Assembly: GCA_010093995.1 (NCBI GenBank)
Contig: ML992503.1
Location: 983,234 to 1,047,233 of the forward strand
DNA: 64,000 nucleotides
Reading direction: 5' to 3'
Source of the DNA: Elsinoe ampelina
Lineage: Eukaryota
Numbering within the stretch: the first letter of the stretch is position 1; every line of letters begins with the position of its first letter. This document shows positions 35,365 through 47,850 of this stretch, piece after piece. Made by a program: the position numbers and the translations under genes. The notes beneath the pieces are model-generated. The model saw only the letters and a list, made by a program, of their open reading frames with translations, was not told where the DNA came from and searched no databases.

Positions 35365-35995
35365 GAGCTGAGCGTCACCTACACAGACACGGTCAGGGCA
35401 CATTCTGCGTCTATAATCCCGCATTTGCATCTGGACGAGTCACACCATGAGAATCAATCACGGTTAGGGATAAAGGGGTTCGGAGGAGGGAGTACGCTCG
35501 TGAGGAGCAGCGGTATTGTGGCGGGTTATTGTACATTAAAGGGACGGCTGACGTGGACTGCTGATCGTGGGAGACAGTGGAGCAAGGGAGAAGAGGGGGC
35601 GATGCTGTTTGTGTGATAAGTCTGGCCTGGCAGGGATCTACCTGTCCATGGGATATGCGAGTCAGGCATTGCATGTTGATGGTAGATGGACAAATGGGCC
35701 TGGCAGTCTAGGTCGAAATGCATATACTCTCCCAGCTGTATTCCACTTTTGACAACAGACATTATTTTCAGCATGACGAAGACTAAAGTTCGAGGATGAA
35801 AAAGAAATCTAATGGCTATGTAGTGGTATCTGTCGTTGTAAAAGTGCGATGCAATATATGGTCATCCCTCTGCCTGTATCCAATGGACCGCTCGTTGCGC
35901 CAACCATGCCATCCTGTACTATCCATTACATCATTCATCTAGACATACCCTCCTCAGCCCAATACACCCAGCTTCACCACCGGGTGAAAGCGGCA

Positions 35996-37175
35996 TTACA
36001 CACCCACCAACCCCCTCCCCACCACTCCCCACGAATGCAACAAATACCACCCCCCCAACCCCACCATGACCGCCACCATCGCGGCAAAAGGATCCATCGC
36101 CTTCACCAACAACCCTTCAGGTATCACCGTAGTCTGACTCTTCCTCATCGCCACCACTGTCTCTCCCTGGCCCAGCCCCTCCCTCTCCTCCTTCTCTCCT
36201 GGATTCTTCACCACCGGCGTCCCTAACCTCTCATCCAAATCCCCCACCAACCTCACACAAGCATGAAAAATCCAATCCGCCTCCCGCACCACATCACCCA
36301 TCTCTTCCTCCGACAATAACGCGTCCGCCTGGAGAAACTTCTCTTTGAAAAAAGCCTTGATGTCCTCCCCATCCTTGGGGCCATCGAAGTGGAAGAGAGA
36401 CATGCCTTGTTCTGACGTGGCCGGTGCTGAGGGGGGCGTCGAGGGACGGGCTATTGCCGGGAGGCCATCGTGCTTCCAGAACTCGGGCCCGGCGGATTGT
36501 AGCTGGCTTCGGATCCAGCGGCCGCCCGAGAAGATGGCCATGTAGAGCACCCAGCTGTAGGCGAGGAGGGTGTGGGGTTTGTCTGCTGTTGTGGAGACGA
36601 TGTGCGCTGTTAGCTCGTCGAGGAGGGGGTCGGTGGTGGTGGTGGTCGGGAGGGTGATGGGGAAGCGGGTGGAGAGGTAGAGGATGTCGTTTTCGAGGCG
36701 TTGGGTGCGCCAGAGGGATGGGGGGATGAGGGTCGCGAGGAAGGTGCGGAGTTTGTCATTGTGGATGCTGGGGGAGGGGAGCGGGGTGGATTCTGTGGAG
36801 GGCGGAGGGGTGGGGAGAGAGGTTGGTGGGACGAAGGGGGAGGAGGCGGAGAGGTGCGCGCATATGAGGTCTTGCCAGCTGTCTTCGAAGGTAAAGTAGA
36901 GCTGGGCGAAGGTGTGGATGCCGTGGAGGTAGAGGATGGGGTCGGTGGTGTAGGGGGGAATGGCGAGGGCGAGGCGTGCGGTGACGAGCTTGTTGAGAGA
37001 GGTGTGGATTTGTCTGCCGGACAGTCAACCTTGTTCCTGAACGTGTTTCTTTCTTTTGCGCTTGTTCAACTCACCTTGTAGCTGCGTTTATTCTGAGTGG
37101 TAGCGTCTCTGAGGTTGCTGGCGGGGGCGGGGAGAGGAGACGCGCTGGTCCGTCGGTCGGATCGGAGGCGGCCAT
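35996..37175 (-). CDS. Heme oxygenase-like protein with C-terminal membrane anchor
   Basis: RINAATRQIHTSLNKLV (proximal His helix), LWRTQRLENDI and AYSWVLYMAIFSGGRWI (distal helix). C-terminal TM segment; intron ~37022-37075. Confidence 0.82.
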
Positions 37176-37741
37176 GCTGATCGTCGTCGTGGAAGGAGAG
37201 GAGCGGTGAGGAGAAGCTCACCGGATGGCTATTAGAATATCATGATGGGCAGCAAACCAGCTTTTTGTTGTCGAAGCGATGCCGGAACAAACAGGCACCT
37301 GCAGACATCGCGTGCTTTTCCTTTGCAGTTGGTCCCTTGGTCACACGGCTTCGGTCCAGAGCGTGGACAAGCGTGGCTCGATTCAGGGTCATCATCTCGA
37401 TCTCTTGCCGCTATTCGACAGTTTGATCTTGCGCGGAAGATCATGTGGGGAGTGCATGGGTTTCACGGACATTGACAACGCTTTTCTGGCCAATGTGAAC
37501 GGTTGATCTGTTTCTAGATCTGCTGTGCTGGAGCAGTTGACGGAAATTCACCTGTTCTTGACTTGCATTTCTTATCAGATCAAAATGGGACTGCCATGGC
37601 GGGTGAGGCGTCTCCATAGCTCCACTTTCACGGCGTCATTCGGAATTTTGATCTGATAGTGTCACGTGTGCCCGGGCTGGCCCGGACTGCATCATTCAAA
37701 TTGCTGATACTGTACCTGACCACATATCATGAGTGACATTG

Positions 37742-40381
37742 CTATCGTACATCTCGGTGCCTGCCTCTGACTCTTTGTCCGACTGCTTTGGTCGAATCAG
37801 CGTCCCTCACCACTCCGAGGTTTTGTACACGCTTTCCGCCTTCTTCATCAAAGTTGGTACCCATTCTGCGACTCATGATCCTCCGATGCTCGGCTGCGCC
37901 AGGGGCTTCATACGTGATTTGTTGGCTTGGCATTGGAGGCTCCTGTATTGAAGGCATGGAGCTCTCGTCTTCGATGAATGGACTCGCAGTGGGTTTCACG
38001 AACGAAGTTGTCGTGCTGCCAGATGCTGCTCGTCCTAGCTTCCTCTTCGCCTTGCCGGTCGCCTGTTCTTGAGGCAGTGACCCAGAGTTCTGACGTCGAG
38101 CAAGAAAGTTGCTCACAAATTCGCTTGCCTCTGGTGGCATTGATCTGCCTATATCCTTCAAGGGCGACCCTTTGCACTGTTTGTCCATCTCGTCAAACTG
38201 CCCATCCAGTTGAGGAATGTCAGGCGAGTTCTCCTTATCCTGAATGTCATTGAGTATCGCGGGTTCCGCATCTTGCATCGCCGGAGGTTCGTCCTCAATC
38301 ACATCAGGTGTGTGCTGACTTTTGGACCTGTCCTGAGAGTTTTGCGAGATTTCCCCTAGAGGCGTCGGCCTTCGGCTAGACTGCATCTTAAGTGCCGGGG
38401 GCGGCGCAGGCTTTGCAAGGGCGAGAGCTGGTGTTCGTGACTGGCGTTTGAAGCCAGACAGCCTTGGGACCTGTGGCTTCCTGGTTTCCCTACTCGTCCG
38501 TTAGCACACACTCAATTTGTCACATGACTTCAACAGGTCGAACGAGAGCGCCACATTTGCAGGCTGTAGGCATGCGTGTATATGCCTGCATCATTGTGTT
38601 GGAGCAGAATGAGACAGGGGACAGTCGTACAGCAGGTTGAAAATGACATGCGCTGTGTCGCTGATAGATACAAGACTCACCGAACATGCTCTAGCTCCCC
38701 ATCAGCCTTCTTGGTCTGCACAAGCTCGCCGTCACTCTTTCCCCTGCGCCGTCCTTCTCGAATAGCATTGATAGCATCACAGACAGATGATGGCAAGTAG
38801 TGAGGGTAGACTGGCTGGACTTCCCTTGTCCGCAAGCTTTCGAACAACCACTGCGGTCGGACGACGTCGATGTTGCGCTCGGCACAATAGACAGGCTTCT
38901 CCAGATCGTCCTTGGAGATATTATGGATGAGTACAGTCGTTCTCCGGTCGGTAGCTTCGAGATACCCCCCGCCTGCCGCCTTGACAAGAGCAGCAATGTA
39001 TCGGACATCGTGACCCATACCCGATGTGCTGATTATTATATCCTTGAAGATGTCTTTGGGTAGATCGATGAATGCATTGCTGAGAACGTCCTTGTCTGGA
39101 TCAAGAGCTTTCTTATGGACAATGCATCGCTCGACCCACCATTCTGTTAAGAGCTTGACATCATTCGACACGGTAGGTATCGACTTTGTCTGATCAGCTG
39201 CCCACTCTGCGGGAAGTATGAGGGCTTTACAAGGGACATCAGACTGACCCAGTTCCTCTATCGAGTCGGCGATCTCTGCGCCGTTCTCTGAAAGGTAGTG
39301 TTTTAGCTTTGCTATTGTCCCTTTCGTAGCATCATAGCCGTGTGCTTTGCAAATCCAACCCGAGAACAAACCGCGATTGAGTTTTTCGGAAGACTCATTT
39401 CGCGGCAGGCTGGGCCGTGATCGATTATCAGATTCTTCAATTGGCTGAGTCTCGACAGTCTGCTGCAAGTCCTTTCCACGATCGACGGATTGAGTCCAGG
39501 GTTCGTCGAGCGGGGGCGGTCTACTGTCCTCATTCACTGACAGATCCGCCCACAGTGTTTGACTCTGACTATTAAGTCTCGTGGATGCCGTTCGCCGCAT
39601 CTTTCGCCGAGAGTTTTGCGTGTCATCGTCCTCAGCTTTGAGACGCTTGCCAGATTCCGACTTTCTGACGCGAGGCTCAAATGACCCTTTGCCTTGTTGT
39701 TCGACTGGGATGAACGGGTCGAAACATGATTCATCGAGAATCATGCCTCGCTCGACAGATCTCTCAAACCATTTGAGGGACACAACCTTGATACCCCATA
39801 CCTTTGCGCGTTCATACTTTGCACCCTCTGGTTTGGCCGCCACCAGATGCGACACTTCTTTGGTAAGGTCGCCATGGTATTTGGCTCCGTTGTTCGATGT
39901 TGTTGCCTGAAGCCACTGTCTCTGTTTGACTGTCCAAGCATTAGCATACACAGCATCTCTGAAGAAAACTAGACTGACCGTCGTTGAAGCCAGTGACGCA
40001 GATGTTCAATCCTTCGAATGTTGGAAGTCGATATCGCCTGGTGATGCCCGTGACATCCACATCGCCACCTTCGATCCAGGCATCTCGAATAGCAAATAGC
40101 CATTCAGGCTGGAGGACATGTATGTCAGGCCGATGTCGAGCAACATGTCGATACTTCTCGGATGCTACACTCGCACAGAGAAGATGTGTGACGTCGGACG
40201 TAAGATCGAGCTTATGAATAGCGCCGAGCTCTGCTCCAAGAGGTCCAATTGCAGACTGTGGTGGTCAGTCTTTCTGGATGCTTGACACGTGATATCACAT
40301 GCATACTCGGATTTCTTGACCAAGAGAGGTCCCGCAAATGACCACCCCGTCCAGAGGTTTGTGCCCCTCACCGTCCACCAT
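37742..40381 (-). CDS. DPB11: Multi-BRCT replication/checkpoint scaffold Dpb11/Rad4(Cut5)/TopBP1
   Basis: BRCT repeats PLDGVVICGT.., HKLDLTSDVTHLL, FEGLNICVTGF..DLTKEVSHLVA..KYERAKVWGIKVVSLKWFERS and TEWWVERC. At least three introns. Confidence 0.88.
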
Positions 40382-42892
40382 CGCACTGTGACTGGATGCG
40401 CAAGCAGTGTGAGACCTGTACAGAGTGCATCGCCTCTCAGACCTTTCCGTGCAGGCAGTATAGCACTACGATTCGAGGTATGCTTGTTCGATGTCTGGGA
40501 CCAACATTTTTACGCGTCGTTGACGCGACTCCAAATTGGACCCGAAGCCCCACAGCGGGCTCGTCCGTTCGTAACACACGGCACGTGCACGATTTCCACA
40601 TGCATGGCACCCTCAAAATTTCATCACGTCATATGCATGGGGGGCGCCGAGGAGATCTCATGTCTATTCTGTCTCCGCGATGCGGCTCTATTGCGTCTTT
40701 CCGGCACAGTCGGCAGATGGAGTTTGCTCGGAGGTGTTGTTAAAGTCAAGTGGGAGATCATTCCGACCGCACTCTCGGACATGATCAGAGGCCGAAAGGG
40801 ATTTCAACGGAAGGCAGTGGGATGAGCAACTGTGACGGTCCGAAGCATTTGCTGGGAATTTCAGGTAAGCTTATGCTACATTGACTTTGTCTCTTTTGTC
40901 CCCGTTTCCGCAAGAGCGCTGCGTGTCTTGGACGCAGTGGTGTCTGGACTTGCTGGCAGCGAGCCGATAGATCCGTGGAGTTCTCCCTCGACAGGAGATC
41001 TCCTGGCCTTTTCCTGATGTACATCGACATTTTTGTATCTCCCGCAGATGTGTCATCCGCTTATCGTCACGAACGCTCAACCGTCTCAATCTACAGTACT
41101 GCCATGCATAGTCCAAGACAACACAAGCACACAAGCCACAAGAGAGGATTAGGCGTGGGAACCACGAAATCAAGATCAAGCAAAAGCATGTGCGAGGGGG
41201 CATCCGTCTGCGGGGCTCGGCCTGCTCGGAATCGAGGCGAAGCAGAGTCGTCGTGGAAGATTGACAGGAGCATTTCCATTTGCATCCTGACAAGCATGTC
41301 CCTGTCATCGAGCATCTGTTCGTTGCCTTGATCTTGTGCCCGGCCGCATAAAAGATGCAGCAGCATGCAAGAGAGACATTCCCGTGCTCCAAAGCAGGAT
41401 ACACAAATAGACTAGCAACATCGGGCTGCAGAGGCCGAAAGTTTAACGGCTAGTCAGCATGTTTGATGATCTGATCAGTGAACTGCAGGGAACATGAGAC
41501 CAGAAAGAATTTGAAGAGAAGCGCCAACTCTAAGTCGACCATGACAAAACCCGACGTTGACTGCTTGCCGACCAGTGCCGCCAGACACTCTGAAAGTAGA
41601 TTTTGTCACTTGCAATGTGTTTCGAGCCAGAAGAAGCAGCGATTCTGAGCCGTGTTTCCAGAGGTCCCTTTCATCACAGTCGGTGGGCATGACGCAGTGC
41701 AATCCCCACGCCCCCCCCGAAATGCGCGACATGCGAACAACTCAATCCCAGCTTCGATTCCATGGTTTTTTAAATGACGGTCTGCTGCATTCGGTGCCCA
41801 GGTCATTCCCGTGATGTGGCTTCTTCTTGTTTCACGAACCACTCGACCAGCTGCAACACGATTGCGGCAACACAAGTGGCTCAGCGACGGGCCCAATCTG
41901 CAAACCCGCACGATCGACAGCGATACTTGTTCGGGATCGACGCCAGCCTTGTCCTTGTGTCGTTTCCCACGAGTTGTCACAGACGTTTTCCTTGGTCCCA
42001 AGACGACCCAAGGCGGGGTGTGTGCGTATACGTCCGCTACATCATCCATTCAAACGGCTCGACAAAACTCGACCCATTCCCTGCTCACCATTTGTCTGTG
42101 ATATTGACCACGACTCTCTTCTGTTTTACGCACGACGCACGACTCTCCTTGCACTATTAACGAAACGAGACGAATCGAGACCAAGCAATTGCGGGATAAT
42201 TCATCCGAGTCAGGTCCCATCAAGACCCGGCAAACAGATCACACAACCTGTTAAGATCGTACCAAGACACCACTTTGCCTAGACTGTCCCGCGATACTAC
42301 ACCAGGACATCTCACGTGCAGTCGCTTGGAATACTCCTTCCCTGCTCGCATACACTCTCCATATTTCACGACACCGGTATCCGACCTGAACCTTCCACTA
42401 CCGAAGTAAGTCATCCGAACGTCTCGGCTGCCCGTTGCTGCTCAACGACCCCTCCATTTATCGCAAACCCTGCCGACAGAACTCTTCCTGCCACCTTCAC
42501 CTTCACTTGCAAGTGAGCTGACAATGAGCCAGACATTCCGCTCGCGTCTGTACGCGCGTGCGCCGGCAGATCTGCAAGAGAAGCAAACACTACAGGATCG
42601 TCGAGCGAGGAAACGAAGAACCGCCAGTGAGACTCGAGCACCACGAAGCAGGACCTCTTCACCATCCGGCAAACTGGCGACCTCACGAGAACAAGCGAAG
42701 CGTTTGTTAAGGTCTGTCATCGCCAACCAGGCACCCAGACAGCCAAACGAGGATAAGCAGGAGCCAAAACGTCGCCGAAGTTCAGTGCCGGATCGAACGA
42801 TTCCACAACGGAAGGAGACTCGAGGTACGAGAGAGACGAGGGAGGCACAGGAGAATAGAGAGTCAAGAGGGCCGAGAGAACCGGAACAAGTC

Positions 42893-44993
42893 ATGCGGTC
42901 TTCGTTGAGAAACAGTGTTGGGGCACCTGTCAATGGGTTTCGCCCAACACTGGCTGACAATGTGCGGAATGGAAGTGAATCTGCATCACGGAACCCGTCC
43001 TTCTCACAACAACCTCCGGCAAGTGTTCCTGGTATTGATCTCGGACAGAAGCCTGTGGCCACTGGAACTGGTGTAAGCGTGTCGATCAATCTCGCCGAGC
43101 CGGTACTATTCTTGCAAGGGTTTGACAGTCACGACATGTCGTTGGGCAATACAGCCATGCTTCGAGGCACGTTACACCTGCGAGTATTGAAGAGTGCGAA
43201 GATCAAGGCTGTCACGCTCAAATTCAAAGGCCGAGCAATCACAAAATGGCCAGAGGGTATTCCACCCAGAAAACTGGAGTTCGAGGAGGTCGACAACATC
43301 ATGAACCACACATGGCCATTCTTCAATGCCCAGTTTCCTACTGCCGAGGCGGGCACCTGCGCAGATCATGTGGAGCTCTTCCAGGCATCTTCCGCCTCTC
43401 CCCAGATTGGTGGCAAGTCACCAAATCTCTCAGCTGATGGCTTCCTCACGACAAGAGATACCAAACGTTTATCATTGCAGGTCAACCAGTCCAGAAGTTT
43501 CAACAAAGGCGAAGCCGCATCCAACGGTCCATCAGTGGCCTCCAAAGGATACAGGACATTCCACCCAGGCGACTATGTCTATAATTTTGAGCTGCCATTG
43601 GATAGCCGATTACCCGAGACCATCGACGTTGAGCTTGGACAAGTCAAGTATGAGCTGGAAGCAGTCGTCGAACGTGCAGGCGCTTTCAAGACAAACCTGG
43701 TTGGTGCAAAGGAGGTCCAGCTCATTCGGGCACCGGCCGAAGGATCATTAGAGCAGGTCGAGCCAATCGCTATCAGCCGAAATTGGGAAGACCAGCTCCA
43801 CTACGACATTGTCATCTCTGGCAAATCGTTCCCACTTGGTGCACAGGTGCCGATTGCTTTCAAGCTCACCCCGCTTGCCAAAGTCCAATGCCATCGAATC
43901 AAGGTCCTAGTCACGGAGAACATCGAGTATTTTTGCAGCGGCAAGAGGGTACATCGCATGGAGCCCACCAGAAAACTTCAGCTGTTCGAGAAACGCTCAG
44001 ATGCACCTCCCACGAGTACTTTCCCTGGGAGCACCATGAGAGTTACGGCAGGTGGCGGCATCCCATACGATCAGAGAGCGCGGGCGGCGAGCGGAGAGTT
44101 GGTACCGCCTCAGGACCCATCGAATCTGCTTGGTGATCTTAGAGATGAGTCGAATAGCATTGGGCCAACGGAGATGGAATTCAACGTTCAGCTCCCGAAC
44201 TGTGCGGCTATGAGGGACAAGGAGCGGTCTCAAAGGCTTCACTTTGATACCACCTATTCGAACATTCAGGTGCATCATTGGATCAAGGTATGTACAACAA
44301 TTCTGTACTCGACTCCACATACTGACACTCATCTAGATCGTCATGCGACTATCAAAGCCTGACGCAAACGATCCAAACAAGCGCAGACATTTTGAAATCT
44401 CCATCGACTCCCCCTTCCATATCCTTTCATGCCGAGCTACACAAGCCAACACAAGTTTGCCAGCTTATGGAGATGCTACTTCTTCAAATGGGACTAGTCT
44501 TGCCGAGTGCGGATGTCCTGGTGCACCACATCGTCGCAACTCACCGTCATCCTTCCTTCCGACCCTCAATTCTCTCAACACTGCCGACCCGCCTCAAGCA
44601 CAGGCCGAGGCATTCTCTCCAGACCTTGCAAGGCCACAAGCTGCCCACGTCAACTCGAATAGTCCTCAACGACCGCAGCCGCCTCAAAGGCCGTTACATC
44701 TCATCCGTACTCCCTCATTCAATCCTCCCGCATTCGAGGATGAAGAGCCTCCACCACCTCTCATCACCCCACCACCTCAATACGACACTATCGCCAGTCC
44801 TACGTCAGGACTCGCTGACTATTTTGCGCGTCTTAGTGACGCATATGACGACGACGAAGACGACGATGGCCGAGCCGGAAGCCATGGACGAGTCGAGGTA
44901 CCTCTTACTCCAGGTAGTAGCCGTGTCAACCGTAGCATGGACGTGGCCCGCACTTGGGCACCTATCGGCGCAATCGGCACTTCCGTCCAATAA
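42893..44993 (+). CDS. Alpha-arrestin (Aly1/Aly2, ART family) Rsp5 ubiquitin-ligase adaptor
   Basis: SINLAEPVLFLQG, KWPEGIPP, ISRNWEDQLHY and HFEISIDSPFHILSC. PY motifs LPAY and PPQY; intron 44288-44337. Start uncertain (see findings). Confidence 0.87.
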
Positions 44994-45741
44994 ACACTCG
45001 CTATTTCTTTTTGTATATTCAGCGATATTAGAAGCATGTCACGATACGACACAATAAGGATTGCCTACGAGGCATGAAAAGTGATTTGCAGCGGAAGGTG
45101 GCAAGTAGCTGCGGTTTATAGGGCGTTTGGCACCTGTTGCATTTCTGGAAGCGGCGGTGTTCGGGGATGGGATAGGTGGATATGGGACCATCTATAGCAT
45201 CTGGACACAACGAGAGACTTTGGCTCCTGTACGCAGTCCCTGAATAAGCATAGACTCGCCATGTGATGAGCTCGCTGTTGACGCTCAGTAAGCGGAAGGA
45301 AACAACTCGTTTCTTCAACCAAGAAGCTTTCCTCTCCGGACTTGACAAACTCCATAGTGTCAATCAAGAGCAATATAGGGTTCAGTGAGGAATGCCATGT
45401 CTAGTCAGTTGAGGATGAATAAATGCCCGGTGTTATCGGAATTCGGGCACCTGAAGACAAGCTCCAGCCCCGGACGCTTTCATGAAGCTTTCCATCCATC
45501 CCACCACCACCGTCAAAAAAGCCTTCCAACAGCCATTGCCTACGTTAGCTGCATTGCATCTCCGGCAGAGCTTCCCCGGGCCCACGGCATATCGATCTAA
45601 AGCGAAAGCCATCATCTGAGCCCTGCGCCCTCCTCCGAGGACCTCACAACACCGACGCCGAGGTCCCCGCTCCACACCACCCACCACCTCATCCTCTCTA
45701 CCTCCTCACCCTCTCGCCTGCCCTACCCTCCAACCTCAACC

Positions 45742-46911
45742 ATGACAACAGTCACCATCCCCTCCGACCCCACCACTCCCCTCGACGCCCCCGCTCCCGC
45801 CCGCACCACCCCCCTCTCCACCACCATCCGCATCGCAACCCGCAAATCCACCCTCGCGCGTGTGCAAACCGCCCTCGTGTCCGCGGCCCTAACCAAAGCC
45901 TTCCCGTCCTACACGACCCAAATCATCGCGCTCGACACAGTCGGCGACGTGGACAAATCCACGCCGCTGCACAGCTTCAACGCCAAAGCCCTGTGGACCA
46001 CCGAGCTCGAGGACCTGTTGGAGAAAGGCGAGGTGGACATGATCGTGCATTCGCTCAAGGACATGCCGACGCAGTTACCCCGGGGGTTGGTGTTGGGGTG
46101 TGTGACGGAGAGGGAGGACGCGAGGGATGCGGTGTGCATTGCCCCTGCTTTGGAGGGGAAAGGGGTCAAGACGCTGGGCCAGTTGGAGAGGGGGAGCGTG
46201 GTGGGGACGAGTTCGTTGCGGCGGTCGGCGCAGTTGAAGAGGAGGTTTCCTGGGTTGGAGTTTAAGGATGTGAGAGGGAATGTGGGGACGCGATTGGGGA
46301 AGTTGGATGCCGAGGGTGGGGAGTATGCGGCGTTGATATTGGCGGCGGCCGGGTTGAGGAGGTTGGGGTTGGAGAGGAGGATTAGTTCGTTGTTGAGTTC
46401 GGGGGAGGGAGGGGTTTTGCATGCGGTGGGCCAGGGGGCGTTGGGGATTGAGATTCGGGGGGATGATGAGAGGATGAGGGAGGTGTGTGAGGGGATTGGC
46501 GAGGAGAGGAGTTGGAGGGCGGCGTTGGCGGAGAGGAGTGTTATGAGGACGTTGGAGGGGGGGTGTAGTGTGCCGATTGGGGTGGAGACGGAGTGGGTGA
46601 AGAAGGGGACGGGGATTGCGGGTGCGGGCGCAGGGGTGGGTGTGAAGCCGAGTGCGGAGTATGATGGGGTTACGGGGCTGGCGAAGGATGAGGATGAGAG
46701 GAGTGATGAGTTGTTGCTGAGAGGGATTGTGGTTAGTCTGGATGGGCAGCAGGCTGTGGAAGCGGAGATGAGGAGGGTCATTAAGAGTAGGGAAGAGGCA
46801 GATGAGTTTGGATGGGACATGGCACAGAAACTTGTAGAGGGTGGTGCGGCAAAGATTTTGGAGGATATCAACCTCAATCGGAAGATTATACAAGAGCAAG
46901 GAGGTGCATAG
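45742..46911 (+). CDS. HEM3: Porphobilinogen deaminase (hydroxymethylbilane synthase)
   Basis: IRIATRKSTLARVQT, VHSLKDMPT, GTSSLRR, VRGNVGTRLGKLD and LEGGCSVPIG (cofactor Cys). Confidence 0.96.
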   Translation: MTTVTIPSDPTTPLDAPAPARTTPLSTTIRIATRKSTLARVQTALVSAALTKAFPSYTTQIIALDTVGDVDKSTPLHSFNAKALWTTELEDLLEKGEVDMIVHSLKDMPTQLPRGLVLGCVTEREDARDAVCIAPALEGKGVKTLGQLERGSVVGTSSLRRSAQLKRRFPGLEFKDVRGNVGTRLGKLDAEGGEYAALILAAAGLRRLGLERRISSLLSSGEGGVLHAVGQGALGIEIRGDDERMREVCEGIGEERSWRAALAERSVMRTLEGGCSVPIGVETEWVKKGTGIAGAGAGVGVKPSAEYDGVTGLAKDEDERSDELLLRGIVVSLDGQQAVEAEMRRVIKSREEADEFGWDMAQKLVEGGAAKILEDINLNRKIIQEQGGA

Positions 46912-47284
46912 AAGCATGTATGCAGGACATGCTTTGTAAATAGATATGGTGCAATTGTCTACTGTAGATACTTCACCATCGCAAAGTAAAATCTCAATCA
47001 TGAATAACGAGCAAACCTAGTTGTAAAAACTGCTAACCAGGAGCATTGAACAAGAAGACATATATATTTCGATGCAAGGAGTCGAGGTCTCTGTCACGTG
47101 GTTGTCTTGCATTAAGCTCAGTCCAACTCGATTGCGTCACCTGCCACCCTGCACCATGATCGCAGGGCAATAGCGGTGCACCACTACAATTGACCTCGAA
47201 CTGAATAATAACAGGGCAGACACCGTCTTTCGTTGTTGCTTCGAAGTATAGCAATCACCTACGACACACCTGCGACTACCTATA

Positions 47285-47812
47285 ATGTTTGAAACAAAGT
47301 TCTCTGTTACATCTAGCACTCCACTGGGTTCATCCATTCCAAAAGAAGACATCATTAAATTGCTACACGACTTTGACGCTGTCATACACACGAGCCCAGA
47401 TTGCAAAGGCTACCAACTCGCCACCGATCAGGAACCCGTCTCGGCTGATTCTGATGCCACCCAAGTCTACGACTGCGAAGACGCCCTGTCCTTCATACCA
47501 CGAAGGCTTTGGGATGGTGGTGTCTGGTACAAGGCCATCTACACGAAGCAGCCGATGGGCTGCGATATTACAGTAAAGGCCCCAGCTGGATTCACCAGCT
47601 TCAACGAATGGCGCCTCAATGTCGATGAGAATGGCAACAAGTCCTTGAGCATTGCGAGTGATGCCCAGTGCAGCAGGCTGTTCGCTGGCACCGTCGAACG
47701 AGCCACGCCGGGCAATCATGAGAAGCAGTTCGCGCGCTTCAAGGAGATGTTGCAGGAGCGGGTGGCATCCCCAGCAGGCAAGCCAGGGGAGGGTCAAGTG
47801 GAAAGGCCCTAA
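47285..47812 (+). CDS. Conserved fungal hypothetical protein (DUF7053-like)
   Basis: 175-aa ORF with the pattern IIKLLHDFDAVIHTSP..Y..ED..FIP..W..KAPAGF..NEWRL, recalled as typical of this family. Confidence 0.6.
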   Translation: MFETKFSVTSSTPLGSSIPKEDIIKLLHDFDAVIHTSPDCKGYQLATDQEPVSADSDATQVYDCEDALSFIPRRLWDGGVWYKAIYTKQPMGCDITVKAPAGFTSFNEWRLNVDENGNKSLSIASDAQCSRLFAGTVERATPGNHEKQFARFKEMLQERVASPAGKPGEGQVERP

Positions 47813-47850
47813 CCAGGTTGAGCTACAGGAAGGACTTTGACAGCGGGGAC

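Noticed and set aside
40400..42280. Many short overlapping ORFs between DPB11 and the arrestin gene, and likewise at 52600-54030
   Set aside because: No recognisable motifs or coding bias; most likely promoter and 5' UTR sequence.
35996..46911. Heme cluster (heme oxygenase-like gene plus HEM3)
   Set aside because: They are ~8.5 kb apart with two unrelated genes between; this is compatible with chance without synteny data.
45909..47001. Long antisense ORFs over HEM3 (322 and 308 aa), and similar Pro/His/Leu-rich or Gly/Glu-rich shadow ORFs over FEX, DHX57, DUF4211 and the KRE1-like gene
   Set aside because: They are low-complexity by-products of the C/G skew, which depletes stop codons in other frames, and they overlap well-supported genes.
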